Below are positions 36,908 through 47,886 of a stretch of 64,000 nt of DNA, piece by piece. A program made the position numbers and the translations under genes. Within the stretch, counting starts at the first letter, position 1, and the number at the start of each line of letters is the position of its first letter. Below the pieces are notes generated by a model. It was not told the origin of the DNA and made no database searches. It saw only the letters and a list, made by a program, of their open reading frames with translations. Source of the DNA: Candidatus Komeilibacteria bacterium (lineage in GTDB: Bacteria > Patescibacteriota > Patescibacteriia > UBA1558); the NCBI GenBank assembly GCA_048538235.1, contig JBLYPX010000001.1, forward strand, positions 328,013 through 392,012, given 5' to 3'.

Positions 36908-36943
36908 AAACAGACCCAGGTACTTGTTGTACGTGAGTCTGTT
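36908..36943. terminator. Bidirectional intrinsic terminator
   Basis: AACAGAC...GTCTGTT with an A-run upstream, which is a U-run for the minus-strand pair. Confidence 0.55.
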
Positions 36944-36950
36944 AGGTTGT

Positions 36951-37202
36951 TTATTTGAGGCGCCAGAGTCTTAACAAGGCAACTTCAAATATGCTGAAAT
37001 GTGCGGCGAAGGCGTTTGCCTTGGCAATACCTTGCAATTGAAATTTGATCTCAGTAACTGTGTTTTCCCAAGACTCTCCCAGTTCAATATACTGTTCCAG
37101 GATATTGCTAAACTCTACAATGAAATCTCCAAGTTTAGCCTTGTCTTCAATCATAGCGCTCAAGTGAACCATGATTTCTGCAAGATAATTAATACCAGTC
37201 AT
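36951..37202 (-). CDS. Small hypothetical protein (83 aa), second gene of a coupled pair
   Basis: SD GAGGAGG then ATG (MTGINYLAEIM...). The ORF-track start overlaps the upstream stop as ATGA. Confidence 0.45.
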   Translation of the reverse strand: MTGINYLAEIMVHLSAMIEDKAKLGDFIVEFSNILEQYIELGESWENTVTEIKFQLQGIAKANAFAAHFSIFEVALLRLWRLK

Positions 37203-37216
37203 TTTTCCTCCTCTTG

Positions 37217-37453
37217 TCATTGAAAGATGAAATTTATCATCTCAAGATACTTGTGCTGTCGTTCAGCGTTAAATTTGCCCTTGTGAAAGCTTTCTAAAGT
37301 ATCTCTGGTTTCCTGAATCGACTTTGACCCCTGTTGATATCTCATCATGGAAACATAGAGTATGCCAAGAAAATCCTGTAACTCTTTCGGATCATGAAAT
37401 ACTACTAAAGCTAGTTCAAGCACATCACATAGATCATTGTTACCGAGTAGCAT
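37217..37453 (-). CDS. Small hypothetical protein (78 aa), first gene of a coupled pair
   Basis: Predicted helical. No recognisable motif. Confidence 0.45.
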   Translation of the reverse strand: MLLGNNDLCDVLELALVVFHDPKELQDFLGILYVSMMRYQQGSKSIQETRDTLESFHKGKFNAERQHKYLEMINFIFQ

Positions 37454-37543
37454 GTTTCTTTCTCCTTATAATGTACATTTATGTAATATGGTATTTAAGC
37501 ACAATAAAGGTATAATGTCAATATTTATGTTAAAATATATATA

Positions 37544-38569
37544 ATGAAAATTAGATTGTATACAATGGAATATCCGCCATTTAAAGGTGGTGTAGGTAAT
37601 TACTACGCTGGTCTAGTTAAAGCTATAGAACCGGTGCAAAAGGTAGGTGTTACTACAATTAATCATACTGCTAGATTCTGGCAGGTTTTGCTAATGATGG
37701 TATTTAGTAAAGTAGAGTATTTGTGGGTAGGACACATATTGCCAATAGGAACAGCTGCATATATTTGTAATAGATTATTTAAAAAGAAATACTTTGTTTC
37801 TTTACACGGTATGGATATTAACTTAGCTCAGAAGAATAAACCTAGTTTAACAGCTAAAATATTAAAACACGCAGAGTTTATTACAGTTAATTCAGAGTAT
37901 ACAAAAAAACAGATAAATAATTATGAGGAGTTGATGAGTAAGATTATTGTTGTCTATCCTTGTCCTAATGTAGATAATGCAAATGTAGAAAAGTCTTTAA
38001 TTGAACAAGTTAAAAGCTCATACAGTTTAGAGAATAAAAAAATCATATTAAGTGTAGGAAGACTCGTTGAAAGAAAGGGTGTGCAGAATGTTATCCAGGT
38101 AATGCCAGAAATATTACAAACCTATCCTGAAGCTCTGTACGTAATTATTGGTTCAGGTGAACATTTACCAGAATTAAAAAGAATGGTTCAGGTTAAGAAT
38201 TTAGAAAAGAATGTTTTAATCTTAACTGGAGTTGGAAATAGTGAGCTAGCTGCATTCTATTCCTTAGCTGATCTATTTATTATGCCAACCATAGATGATG
38301 GTATGGATGTTGAAGGTTTTGGTATTGTCTATCTAGAAGCCGGTGTATTTGGAAAGCCAGTTATAGCAACACCAGTAGGTGGTGCTAAAGAAGCTGTTAA
38401 AGATAATGTAACCGGTATATTTACCAGTAGAGAAACAATGGTTTCAGACATTATTAAATTATTAAAAGATAAGAGCTTTGCAGATGAATTAGGTGCTAAT
38501 GCTAAAAATATTATTAAGAAAGAATATACATATACTGCACAAGCTAAAAAAATATTACAAAGAATATGA
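37544..38569 (+). CDS. Glycosyltransferase family 4 (GT-B)
   Basis: C-terminal E-x7-E region (FGIVYLEAGVFGKPVIAT). Confidence 0.78.
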   Translation: MKIRLYTMEYPPFKGGVGNYYAGLVKAIEPVQKVGVTTINHTARFWQVLLMMVFSKVEYLWVGHILPIGTAAYICNRLFKKKYFVSLHGMDINLAQKNKPSLTAKILKHAEFITVNSEYTKKQINNYEELMSKIIVVYPCPNVDNANVEKSLIEQVKSSYSLENKKIILSVGRLVERKGVQNVIQVMPEILQTYPEALYVIIGSGEHLPELKRMVQVKNLEKNVLILTGVGNSELAAFYSLADLFIMPTIDDGMDVEGFGIVYLEAGVFGKPVIATPVGGAKEAVKDNVTGIFTSRETMVSDIIKLLKDKSFADELGANAKNIIKKEYTYTAQAKKILQRI

Positions 38570-39747
38570 TAGATAAGAAAAGAAACATAGTGATGTTTAA
38601 TATGTCACCATATAGTGATTGGGAAGAGGGGATTTCAAACCGTAATCGTCATATTTTACAAACACTATTAAAAGATGAAAGTGTTAATAAGATAATAGCT
38701 ATAGACTATTTACCTTGGACTTGGAAAAAGGTTATTAAGCAATATATGTATAGTTATTTACCAAGTTTAAATAAACACAAGGGGATATATAAATCTTCTT
38801 TAACATCAGCTCGGGAATATTCAGATAAGCTTATTGTAGTATCTTCAGTTGCTAATTATTTTAGTAAAAAGATATTTTGGTCAGATATTAATAATATTAT
38901 TAAAAAGTCTGAAATAGATGAATATATTGTTTGGTCATACAATCCATTAATAACTGACTATTTTGAAAAACTTAATGCTACTTCATATATCTTTGATGCA
39001 GTAGATGATTGGTCTATTCACCCTTCTTACCAGATTATTAAAGATAAATTGCAAGCAAATTATACACTCATTGCAGAGAAGTCAGATATTATCTTTACTG
39101 TAGCTAAAGAATTGGGTAGAAAGTTTAATAAAGATAAAACCTATTGGGTACCTAATGGTATAGATATTAATCATTATGCTAAGAAATATAGTCTGGTGGA
39201 TAAAGAGATTGCAGATATACCAAAGCCTATTATTGGTTACATTGGAGTTATTTTAGGAAGATTAGATGAAAAGATTATTACATATTTAGCAGAGCATAAT
39301 CCTAATAAGTCTATTGTGTTAGCTGGATCATTTAAAGGTAAATTAAAGCATTGGGATAAAGAGCTAATTAAAAAACTTCAGTCTTATGCTAATATATATC
39401 TATTGGGATATATACCATATTCTAAAGCACCAATGTATATACAGCAGTTCGATGTCGCTATTATTCCACACAAAGCAGATACATATGTTGGTACAACCAA
39501 TCCAATGAAAATGTATGAGTATTTAGTTTGTGGTAGACCTATTGTAGCAACACCAGCTCCTGGTATAGACATGTTTGAAGAAATTAGGGTAGCTTCTACA
39601 CCAGAAGATTTTAATAAAGAAGTTATTAAAGCTTTAAAAGATAATACAGAAGAAAAAGAAGAGATAAGAGTTGAACTGGTTAAAGATCATACCTGGAAAG
39701 AAAGAGTTAATAAAATGTTAGAATTAATTAATACTAATGTCTCCTAA
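38566..39747 (+). CDS. Glycosyltransferase, GT-B fold (GT4-like)
   Basis: C-terminal nucleotide-sugar binding region PMKMYEYLVCGRPIVAT. 4-nt overlap with the preceding gene. Confidence 0.6.
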   Translation: MIDKKRNIVMFNMSPYSDWEEGISNRNRHILQTLLKDESVNKIIAIDYLPWTWKKVIKQYMYSYLPSLNKHKGIYKSSLTSAREYSDKLIVVSSVANYFSKKIFWSDINNIIKKSEIDEYIVWSYNPLITDYFEKLNATSYIFDAVDDWSIHPSYQIIKDKLQANYTLIAEKSDIIFTVAKELGRKFNKDKTYWVPNGIDINHYAKKYSLVDKEIADIPKPIIGYIGVILGRLDEKIITYLAEHNPNKSIVLAGSFKGKLKHWDKELIKKLQSYANIYLLGYIPYSKAPMYIQQFDVAIIPHKADTYVGTTNPMKMYEYLVCGRPIVATPAPGIDMFEEIRVASTPEDFNKEVIKALKDNTEEKEEIRVELVKDHTWKERVNKMLELINTNVS

Positions 39748-40603
39748 TATTAAATTAAGTATCATAATTGTTTCCTGGAATGTTGTAGTAGATTTGCAGC
39801 GTTGTTTAGATTCAATATATAAATATATATTTACTGACTTTGAAATAATAGTCGTAGATAATAAATCTACAGATAAAACTGTAGAGGTGCTATTAAAAGA
39901 TTATCCTCAGGTAAGAGTAATTGCTAATAAAAAAAATATTGGTTTTGCAGCTGCGAATAATGAAGCTATTAATATAGCAAAAGGTGAGTATTTACTATTT
40001 TTAAATCCAGATACATATTTTATTGATGAACATTCTATTCCTAAAGCTTTAGAATATTTAGCAGATCATCCAAATACTTTATTAACAGGTAATGTACTTA
40101 ATAAAGATCATACAAATCAAGTAGCAGTCAGAAAGTTTCCAACTTTGTATTCGCAAATAATAACCTTGCTTAAATTAAATAATATATTTCCTTTTTTAAA
40201 TAAAGCATATTATTCAAGAGATTTTGATTACACTAAATTACAAGAAGTAGATTCTGTTATTGGAGCTTTTATGTTAATTAAAGCTAGTACTATGAGATAT
40301 TTAGATGCTTTTGATGCAGATTACTTTATTTGGTTTGAAGAAGTAGATTTATGCTATAGAATGAAACAAAAGAAATATCCAGTAGTGTATTTCCCAGATG
40401 CTAAAATAGTACATACAGGCGGTCAAAGTTTTAAATTAATGCTTACTTTTAGAAAGCAATTAATCTTTAATAAATCATTATTAACATATTTTAAGAAACA
40501 TAAGCCAAGGTGGCAGTATAGTATTTTGTTTATTCTGCAACCTGTAAATATATTATTGGCTTTAATTCAACAAACATTTGGAGTAAAAAGAGGTGACTAT
40601 TAA
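39737..40603 (+). CDS. Glycosyltransferase family 2
   Basis: LSIIIVSWNVVVDLQRCL...VVDNKSTD and a DxD-type motif. Confidence 0.78.
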   Translation: MSPNIKLSIIIVSWNVVVDLQRCLDSIYKYIFTDFEIIVVDNKSTDKTVEVLLKDYPQVRVIANKKNIGFAAANNEAINIAKGEYLLFLNPDTYFIDEHSIPKALEYLADHPNTLLTGNVLNKDHTNQVAVRKFPTLYSQIITLLKLNNIFPFLNKAYYSRDFDYTKLQEVDSVIGAFMLIKASTMRYLDAFDADYFIWFEEVDLCYRMKQKKYPVVYFPDAKIVHTGGQSFKLMLTFRKQLIFNKSLLTYFKKHKPRWQYSILFILQPVNILLALIQQTFGVKRGDY

Positions 40604-42035
40604 TTTATTAACAAATTGGGCTAAAAAGCTATTTTGGATATTGATCATAGTAGAGTCAATATCTTTTTGGTCATATATTAAACCAGAGTTAACAGTTTAT
40701 GCTTTTGTATTACTTGTTGGTATTTGCTTAATAGCTAGTATTAGAAATATTGAGTGGGGAATATATATGCTTTTAACTGAAGTGTTTTTATCTTCACATG
40801 GTCGGATGTTATCTTTAGATATTGGTGGTTTGGCTGTTTCTTTAAGATATGGATTATTTGCAGCAGTATTTCTTGCTTCTATTTACTGGCTATTTAGAAA
40901 AGATAATTTTAAACATGTTTTAGGAAGGATATATAAATACAAGAGTTTAATCTTTCTTTTAATCTTTATTGCTATTGGTATTATTCAAGGAGTTGTGATT
41001 AATGGTTTTAGTACAAGCTTCTATGATTGGAATAGCTATTTGTTTCTTTTGTTAATTCCAGCTTTCTTAATGATTAAGAATACAGATTTTATTCTAAACA
41101 TAACCAGAATAATATTTATTGTTGCTAATTGGCTATTCATTAAAACATATATTTATTTGTATGTATTTTCTCATCATACAGATTGGTTAGATTTATCTTT
41201 GCTATATAAATTCTTTAGAGATACCAGAGTTGGTGAGATAACCTATGTAACACAAAACTTTTACAGAATATTTATGCCAGCTCAGGTTTTTGCAGCTATT
41301 ACTTTTATCTTAGTGGTCTTTGTCTTAATACTATATAAACAAGGGAAGCTATCTGTTAAAGATCAATGGTTTGCATATGTTACATTATTTACTTCATCTT
41401 TAACTGTTATGGCTAGCTTTTCTAGAAGTAATTGGTTAGGCCTTGCTATAGCTTTAGTATTTTTATTTACTTATCTATTATCTAAATACAAAATACCTAA
41501 ATTAAAATTAGGTGCCGCTATTATTATGCTTACGGTTGTCCTGTTTATTAATATTGGCTTCATGTATACTTGGACTGGTTCGTGGCAACAAAGAATTGTT
41601 TCATCTAGAATAGATAGTTTGGATGAAGCAGCTTTTTCATCTAGAACAGCTCAGCTTAAACCATTACTTTATGAGATAGGTAAATCTCCAGTTTGGGGTT
41701 ATGGTTTTGGTAAAACTGTTACTTACCAAAGCGATGATCCTAGGATTAAAAATGAAGCTAATCCTAATGGTATATATAATACTCAAGCCTTTGAATGGGG
41801 GTATTTAGACATCTGGCTAAAAATGGGATTATTTGGTCTTTTATCTTACTTGGGCATTATCTATGGCTTATTGCTTAAAAACCTTAAATATGGCCATTTT
41901 GAGGGTAAAATACAGGTATTAAAAGCTGGTTTTGGTATAGGTTTACTCCTTATTTGTATTATTAGTATATTTAGTCCATATATGAATCATCCCTTAGGTT
42001 TTTCTATGCTCTTAATTAATTTAGTAAATGAATAA
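40593..42035 (+). CDS. O-antigen ligase/polymerase-like (Wzy-type) membrane protein
   Basis: About 11 TM helices with a periplasmic loop. Sits inside the GT cluster. Confidence 0.55.
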   Translation: MTINLLTNWAKKLFWILIIVESISFWSYIKPELTVYAFVLLVGICLIASIRNIEWGIYMLLTEVFLSSHGRMLSLDIGGLAVSLRYGLFAAVFLASIYWLFRKDNFKHVLGRIYKYKSLIFLLIFIAIGIIQGVVINGFSTSFYDWNSYLFLLLIPAFLMIKNTDFILNITRIIFIVANWLFIKTYIYLYVFSHHTDWLDLSLLYKFFRDTRVGEITYVTQNFYRIFMPAQVFAAITFILVVFVLILYKQGKLSVKDQWFAYVTLFTSSLTVMASFSRSNWLGLAIALVFLFTYLLSKYKIPKLKLGAAIIMLTVVLFINIGFMYTWTGSWQQRIVSSRIDSLDEAAFSSRTAQLKPLLYEIGKSPVWGYGFGKTVTYQSDDPRIKNEANPNGIYNTQAFEWGYLDIWLKMGLFGLLSYLGIIYGLLLKNLKYGHFEGKIQVLKAGFGIGLLLICIISIFSPYMNHPLGFSMLLINLVNE

Positions 42036-43044
42036 ACAAAAGAAATTAATAATAGGTCTAGTTACATATAATGCAGAAAGATATCTGTATTCTTGTTTAA
42101 CATCTTTAAGTGAACAATCATTTAAAGATTGGGAAATATTAATAATAGACAATGGATCTACAGATAATACTATTAGATATATTAAAGAGAATTATCCTCA
42201 ATTTAAAATAGTAGAGCATAAAAAGAATTTAGGTTTTGCTCAAGCTCACAACCAAATAATATCTTGGACTAAAAGTGATTATATTATGTGTATGAATCAA
42301 GATATTGTTTTAGATAAAGATTATTTAAAAAATATTGTTAACTTCTTAGATAAACATCCTAAGGTGGGATCTGTTGCTGGTAAATTATATAAATGGAACT
42401 TTACAGATAATGTTAAAACAAAAACAATAGATAGTATTGGGCTAGAGCTTAATAGAAATTACAGAGTAGTAGATAAAGCAGAGGGAGAAAAGGATACTGG
42501 TCAGTTTAATGCAGATGAAGAAGTATTTGGTGTATCTGGTGCTGCTCCTGTTTACAGAAGAAAAGCACTGGATAAAGTTAAAATATATAATGCTAATAGG
42601 GAAGAGTATTTTGATGAAGATTTCTTTGCTTATAAAGAAGATGTAGATTTAGCATTTAGATTAAGACTAAATGGTTGGCAATCATATTGTGTTGTAAATT
42701 CAATAGCTTGGCATGATAGATCTACTGGTAATTCGCAATTACAAACTAATTGGAAAATTGCATCAGCTCATAGGAAAAAGAATAAGCTGGTAAATTATTT
42801 ATCTTACCGCAATCATTTACTAATGCTTTATAAGAATTGTTTTAGAATTAATATATTTAAAAACATCATACCGATTTTCTGGTATGAGTTTAGAAAATAT
42901 ATTTTTATGTTGTTATTTAATAGAGTTAAGGAAAAACATATTAAGAGCTATAGTAAGTTAAAACCTTTGATGAAGAATAAAAGGAGACAAATAAAGGAAT
43001 TGACTAAAGTAACAGCTCAGGATATGTTGGAATGGATAAAATAG
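42028..43044 (+). CDS. Glycosyltransferase family 2
   Basis: GLVTYNAERYL...IIDNGSTD. Confidence 0.78.
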   Translation: MNKQKKLIIGLVTYNAERYLYSCLTSLSEQSFKDWEILIIDNGSTDNTIRYIKENYPQFKIVEHKKNLGFAQAHNQIISWTKSDYIMCMNQDIVLDKDYLKNIVNFLDKHPKVGSVAGKLYKWNFTDNVKTKTIDSIGLELNRNYRVVDKAEGEKDTGQFNADEEVFGVSGAAPVYRRKALDKVKIYNANREEYFDEDFFAYKEDVDLAFRLRLNGWQSYCVVNSIAWHDRSTGNSQLQTNWKIASAHRKKNKLVNYLSYRNHLLMLYKNCFRINIFKNIIPIFWYEFRKYIFMLLFNRVKEKHIKSYSKLKPLMKNKRRQIKELTKVTAQDMLEWIK

Positions 43045-43045
43045 T

Positions 43046-43825
43046 ATGAAATTAAGCATAATAATATTAAATCATAGTACAGCCAAACTAGTTAAAAACT
43101 TAATAGCTAGTATTTTAGCTATGGAATTACCTTGGGCTTTTGAAATAATAGTGGTAGATAATGGTATTAAAGGTATACTGGCTAAAGAATTAAAGTCGTA
43201 TTCATCTCATGTAAAGCTATATGAAATTGAGAACAATGGTTATGCTCATGGTAATAATTATGGTATTCGTAAAGCAAAAGGTGAGTATATAATGATTCTA
43301 AATCCAGATATATATATTAAACAAGAAGCTATTATTTCCTTAGTAGAATATATTGAGTCTAATGAGAAGATTGGTATGGTTGGTCCAAAACTATTGAATG
43401 CTGATGGTACATACCAAAATTCATGTACTAGATATCCAGATTGGCATTTACCATTCTATAGAAGAACAAGACTGGGTAAAACAAAGAAAGGTCAGAAATG
43501 GTTGAGTAATTATCTCTATTTAGATTATGATCATAATACTCCTAAAAAAGTAGATGCTTTGTTTGGAGCAGCTTGGGTGATACGAAGAAAAGCTATTGAT
43601 GAAGTAGGACTACTTGATGAAAGATATTTTCTATACTTTGAGGATTTAGATTGGTGTAGACAATTTAATGAAAAGAATTGGGAAGTTTGGTATTTACCAG
43701 CAGCTGAGGTTATACATTTCCATCATAGAGATTCAGCAGATAAAAAAGGTATAGCTGGTGTATTTTCTAAATTAGGTAGAGTTCATTTATCTAGTTGGTT
43801 TAAATACCTATTAAAATGGAAATAA
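43046..43825 (+). CDS. Glycosyltransferase family 2
   Basis: LSIIILNHST...VVDNG. Confidence 0.75.
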   Translation: MKLSIIILNHSTAKLVKNLIASILAMELPWAFEIIVVDNGIKGILAKELKSYSSHVKLYEIENNGYAHGNNYGIRKAKGEYIMILNPDIYIKQEAIISLVEYIESNEKIGMVGPKLLNADGTYQNSCTRYPDWHLPFYRRTRLGKTKKGQKWLSNYLYLDYDHNTPKKVDALFGAAWVIRRKAIDEVGLLDERYFLYFEDLDWCRQFNEKNWEVWYLPAAEVIHFHHRDSADKKGIAGVFSKLGRVHLSSWFKYLLKWK

Positions 43826-43880
43826 TTGTTTATTTTAGCTAAATTCAGTATAATACATACACTAAATATATATAAAAACT

Positions 43881-45380
43881 ATGACAGAAGAGAAAAAAGA
43901 AATAAATCCATCAGATGAATATAATATTCGTTTAGATAAGCTAGCTAAATTAAAAAAGAATAAGGTAGATGCTTATCCTGCTGAAACATGTGAGGATAGA
44001 TTAGATATTAATGCAGCATTAACAGATTTTGATTCTTTAGAAAAAGAAGATAAAGAAATATGTATAGCTGGTAGAATTAGAAGTATTCGTTTACATGGTG
44101 GTTCTTGTTTTATTCACTCAGAGGATGGTTCTGCTAAGATGCAAGGATATATTAAAAAGGATGAAGTAAAGGCTAAGAATTATGAACAGTTTACAGACTT
44201 TTTTGACGTTGGTGATTTTGTAGAATTAAAAGGTAAACTATTTATTACTAAAAAAGGTGAAAAAACATTACTTGTTAAAAAGTTTAAACTATTATCTAAA
44301 GCTTTAATGCCATTACCAGAAAAGTGGCATGGTTTGTCAGATGTTGAAACAAGATTTAGGCAAAGGTATTTAGATTTACTTGCAAATAAAGAAGTAAAGG
44401 ATGTATTTAAACAAAGATCTGAGATTATTACTTTTATACGTACATATTTTAATAATTTAGGCTTTCTAGAAGTAGATACACCAATACTACAACCACTAGC
44501 TGGCGGTGCTATTGCTAAGCCATTTATTACTCACCATAATGCTTTAGATACAGAATTGTATCTAAGAGTTGCTCCAGAACTATATTTAAAAAAATTAATC
44601 ATTGGTGGTTACGATAAAGTCTATGAAATAGCTAGATGTTTTAGAAATGAAGGTGTAGATCATGCACATAATCCAGAATTTACACAGATTGAATTCTATT
44701 GGGCATATAAAGATTATGAAGATCTAATGAATCTTACTGAAGATTTAATGAGTAATTTAGTTAAAAGTATTAAAGGAGATACAAAACTCACATACCAAGA
44801 AAAGGAGTATGACTTTAAAGCTCCTTATCCTAGATTAGATTTTAAGAAAGAAATTAAAAAACGTTGTAAGTTAGATATAGATAAATACAAAACTAAGTTT
44901 GAATTAAAAGAACAAGTAGAAAAGCTTGGTATTAAAACAGAGGAAGAATGGGGGAGGGGTAAAATGTTAGATGAATTGTATAAGAAATATATTCGTGAAG
45001 TTGAAGATGGCCCTTTCTTTATTACAAACCATCCAATTGAATTATCTCCACTTGCTAAGAAGAACAAAGATGATGAAAACTATGTAGATAGATTTCAATT
45101 AGTAATTGCTGGTTTTGAACTTGGCAATGCTTTTTCAGAGCTTAATGATCCACAAGATCAATCTGAAAGATTTAAAGCTCAACAAGAGCTTAAAGATGGT
45201 GGTGATGAAGAAGCTTGGGATTATGATGATGAATTTGTTGAAGCTTTAAAGTATGGTATGCCACCAACCGCTGGTATGGGTATTGGTATAGATAGACTTG
45301 TTCAGATTTTAACTGACCAACATAATATTAAAGAAGTATTATTCTTTCCAACTTTAAAACCTAAAACAGATAACGAATAA
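43881..45380 (+). CDS. lysS: Lysyl-tRNA synthetase (class II)
   Basis: OB anticodon-binding domain and class II motifs ([14 protein letters not shown]). Confidence 0.9.
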   Translation: MTEEKKEINPSDEYNIRLDKLAKLKKNKVDAYPAETCEDRLDINAALTDFDSLEKEDKEICIAGRIRSIRLHGGSCFIHSEDGSAKMQGYIKKDEVKAKNYEQFTDFFDVGDFVELKGKLFITKKGEKTLLVKKFKLLSKALMPLPEKWHGLSDVETRFRQRYLDLLANKEVKDVFKQRSEIITFIRTYFNNLGFLEVDTPILQPLAGGAIAKPFITHHNALDTELYLRVAPELYLKKLIIGGYDKVYEIARCFRNEGVDHAHNPEFTQIEFYWAYKDYEDLMNLTEDLMSNLVKSIKGDTKLTYQEKEYDFKAPYPRLDFKKEIKKRCKLDIDKYKTKFELKEQVEKLGIKTEEEWGRGKMLDELYKKYIREVEDGPFFITNHPIELSPLAKKNKDDENYVDRFQLVIAGFELGNAFSELNDPQDQSERFKAQQELKDGGDEEAWDYDDEFVEALKYGMPPTAGMGIGIDRLVQILTDQHNIKEVLFFPTLKPKTDNE

Positions 45381-45384
45381 ATAT

Positions 45385-46629
45385 ATGCTAGATATTAATA
45401 AAATACGTAATAATACTGAAGAGATAAAAACAAGCCTTTTAAAAAGAATGGATTTTGTAGATTTAGAATCTATTATTAAGCTTGACGATGAAAGAAAAGA
45501 TATTGTAACAGAGGTTGATAAGTTAAAAGCAGAAGCAAATAAGATAGCAAAAGGTGGCAAGCCAACACCAGAAGCCATTGAACAGGGTAAAAAATTACGT
45601 GAACAGATTAAAGAATTAGATGAAAAGTTAAATTCAGTAGATTCTAAATTAAAAGAAAAATTGGGAGAACTTCCTAATATTGTTGCAGATGATGTAATTG
45701 CTGGAGATAAAGATAAAAATGAAGTTATTAAAACTTATGGTAAAAAGCAAGAGTTTAAATTTGAACCAAAAGATCATGTAGAATTAGCAACTATGCACGG
45801 GCTAATAGATTATGAAAGGGCTGCTAAGATGTCTGGAGCTGGTTTTTGGGCATATACAGGTAAAGGAGCAGATTTAGAATGGGCACTACTTAATTACTTT
45901 GTAGACTTTCACAGAAAGAATAAGTATAAATTTTTACTACTTCCATATCTATTAACAGAAAAGTCAGCCTATACCTCTGGTCATTTACCAAAGTTTAGAG
46001 AAGATCTATTCTGGACAGAGGATAAATTATGTTTAAATGCGACCTCAGAAATGATGCTTGGTAATTTCCACAGAGAAGAAATACTTCCTGAAGAAGATTT
46101 ACCAATAAAATATTATTCATACTCATCTTGTTTCAGAAGAGAAGCTGGTGCTTATAGAACAGAGGAGAGGGGAATGATTAGAGGTCATCAATTTAATAAG
46201 ATAGAGATGTTTCATTTTACAAAACCGGAAGATTCGTGGAAAGCTTTTGATGAACTTGTTAGCAATGCAGAGAAATTAGTTGAAGGTTTAGGTTTACACT
46301 TTAACTCAGTGAAATTAGCAGCTAAAGATTGTTCTGCAGCTATGGCTAAAACAATAGATCTAGAAGTATATATACCTAGTATGAAAGGATATAAAGAAGT
46401 AAGTAGTATATCTAATGCTTTAGATTACCAAGCAAGAAGAGGTAGTATTAGGTATAAAGATTCAAAAACAGGTAAAAATGAGTTTGTACATACTTTAAAT
46501 GCATCAGGACTAGCAACTAGTAGACTATTACCAGCGATTTTAGAACAAAACCAACAAGAAGACGGTAGTATTAAAATACCAAAAGTATTACAAAAATATT
46601 GTGGATTTAAAAAGATAGAATTAAAATAG
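45385..46629 (+). CDS. serS: Seryl-tRNA synthetase
   Basis: N-terminal coiled coil and class II core (FRREAGAYRTEERGMIRGHQF). Confidence 0.9.
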   Translation: MLDINKIRNNTEEIKTSLLKRMDFVDLESIIKLDDERKDIVTEVDKLKAEANKIAKGGKPTPEAIEQGKKLREQIKELDEKLNSVDSKLKEKLGELPNIVADDVIAGDKDKNEVIKTYGKKQEFKFEPKDHVELATMHGLIDYERAAKMSGAGFWAYTGKGADLEWALLNYFVDFHRKNKYKFLLLPYLLTEKSAYTSGHLPKFREDLFWTEDKLCLNATSEMMLGNFHREEILPEEDLPIKYYSYSSCFRREAGAYRTEERGMIRGHQFNKIEMFHFTKPEDSWKAFDELVSNAEKLVEGLGLHFNSVKLAAKDCSAAMAKTIDLEVYIPSMKGYKEVSSISNALDYQARRGSIRYKDSKTGKNEFVHTLNASGLATSRLLPAILEQNQQEDGSIKIPKVLQKYCGFKKIELK

Positions 46630-46648
46630 AATAAGGGTCGTAAAATAT

Positions 46649-47473
46649 ATGGGATATGGTGATAGGCGTATGCAGAGAGGGAAGTCTATTAGACATCCTG
46701 AGAAAGCCAATTCAAAACTATTGAGAAAGAAAGTAAGTATGTATTTAATTTACATATTTACTTTTTTAATAATATATACATTATTTTTTTCTTTTGTATT
46801 TAAGATTGAATATATTAAAGTAGTGGGTAATGATTCAATTAATACACAAGAGATCGAAGATATTATCTGGCAAGCTGCAGATAAAAACATATTCCTAATA
46901 TTTAGTAGGAATAATTATTGGCTATTATCTACAGATTATCTATTAGAAAGCGTTGAAAAACAATTTGCCTTTGAAGATATTACCATAACTAAAAAGTTTC
47001 CAGATACTATATCCTTACATGTTATTGAAAGAATGGGTAGATTAGTATGGAAAACAGGTCCAGATTACTATGTAGTAGACGCTAGAGGTGTTATCACACG
47101 AAGACTTACAGAAATGAGGCTAGTTACTAGTGGAGATATACCCGTAATTGTAAATAAGGCAGAGAATGAAGTTTTAATTGGTGATACAATACTTAGTGAA
47201 TCAATGATAGCTAATATTTTAGACGCTTATGCTTATTACAATGAATATATAGATAGAGATGGTTTAAGATTTGATCGATTTGAAATAGATAGTGATGAAG
47301 CTGGCTTCTATAAAATAATAACCAGAGATGGACTTGAAATACATATGAATGATGAATCTACAGCTATAACGCAGTTAAGTAAGTTAAAAAGAGTAGTAGA
47401 TAGTCAGAATATTAACTTTAATAATTTATCCTATATAAATTTAAGAGTTGAGAATCAAGTTATATATAAATAA
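46649..47473 (+). CDS. ftsQ: FtsQ/DivIB-like cell-division protein (POTRA)
   Basis: Single TM, then a POTRA-like IEYIKVVGNDSINTQEIEDII and an FtsQ C-terminal domain. Confidence 0.55.
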   Translation: MGYGDRRMQRGKSIRHPEKANSKLLRKKVSMYLIYIFTFLIIYTLFFSFVFKIEYIKVVGNDSINTQEIEDIIWQAADKNIFLIFSRNNYWLLSTDYLLESVEKQFAFEDITITKKFPDTISLHVIERMGRLVWKTGPDYYVVDARGVITRRLTEMRLVTSGDIPVIVNKAENEVLIGDTILSESMIANILDAYAYYNEYIDRDGLRFDRFEIDSDEAGFYKIITRDGLEIHMNDESTAITQLSKLKRVVDSQNINFNNLSYINLRVENQVIYK

Positions 47474-47525
47474 TACCTTATATATTTTACGACGCTTATT
47501 ATTTAGACAATATATAGAGAAGAGA

Positions 47526-47556
47526 GAGTACACTAATTAGAGAGTGTATTTTTTTA
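47526..47556 (+). terminator. Intrinsic terminator after the ftsQ-like gene
   Basis: TACACT-AATTAGAG-AGTGTA followed by a 7-T run. Confidence 0.5.
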
Positions 47557-47857
47557 AATATGCCTGGTATATCCCTACCTATGACATACAAAATTTTACA
47601 CGTTCTAGAATGATGTTTTTTTAATAAATACCCGGTATGATCATACCAGTGACTTAAAAAACTTTTTAACTATACATGATATATACTTAAGTTATATAGA
47701 ATACATAATATTTTAAAAGAATAAGGTATATAGAGTCATAATACATAGAAATAGTACAAAATAGCCAAAACTACAGATTTACCTATTTTTAGATATTATA
47801 GTATATAATGGTTCGTATAAGATATATTGTGCGACACATAGTATATATAAAAATAAA

Positions 47858-47886
47858 GTAGAATAATACACTACTCTACTAAACAA
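47858..47886 (-). terminator. Intrinsic terminator of the M23 peptidase gene
   Basis: AGTAGA...TCTACT hairpin with a U-run on the minus strand. Confidence 0.5.
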
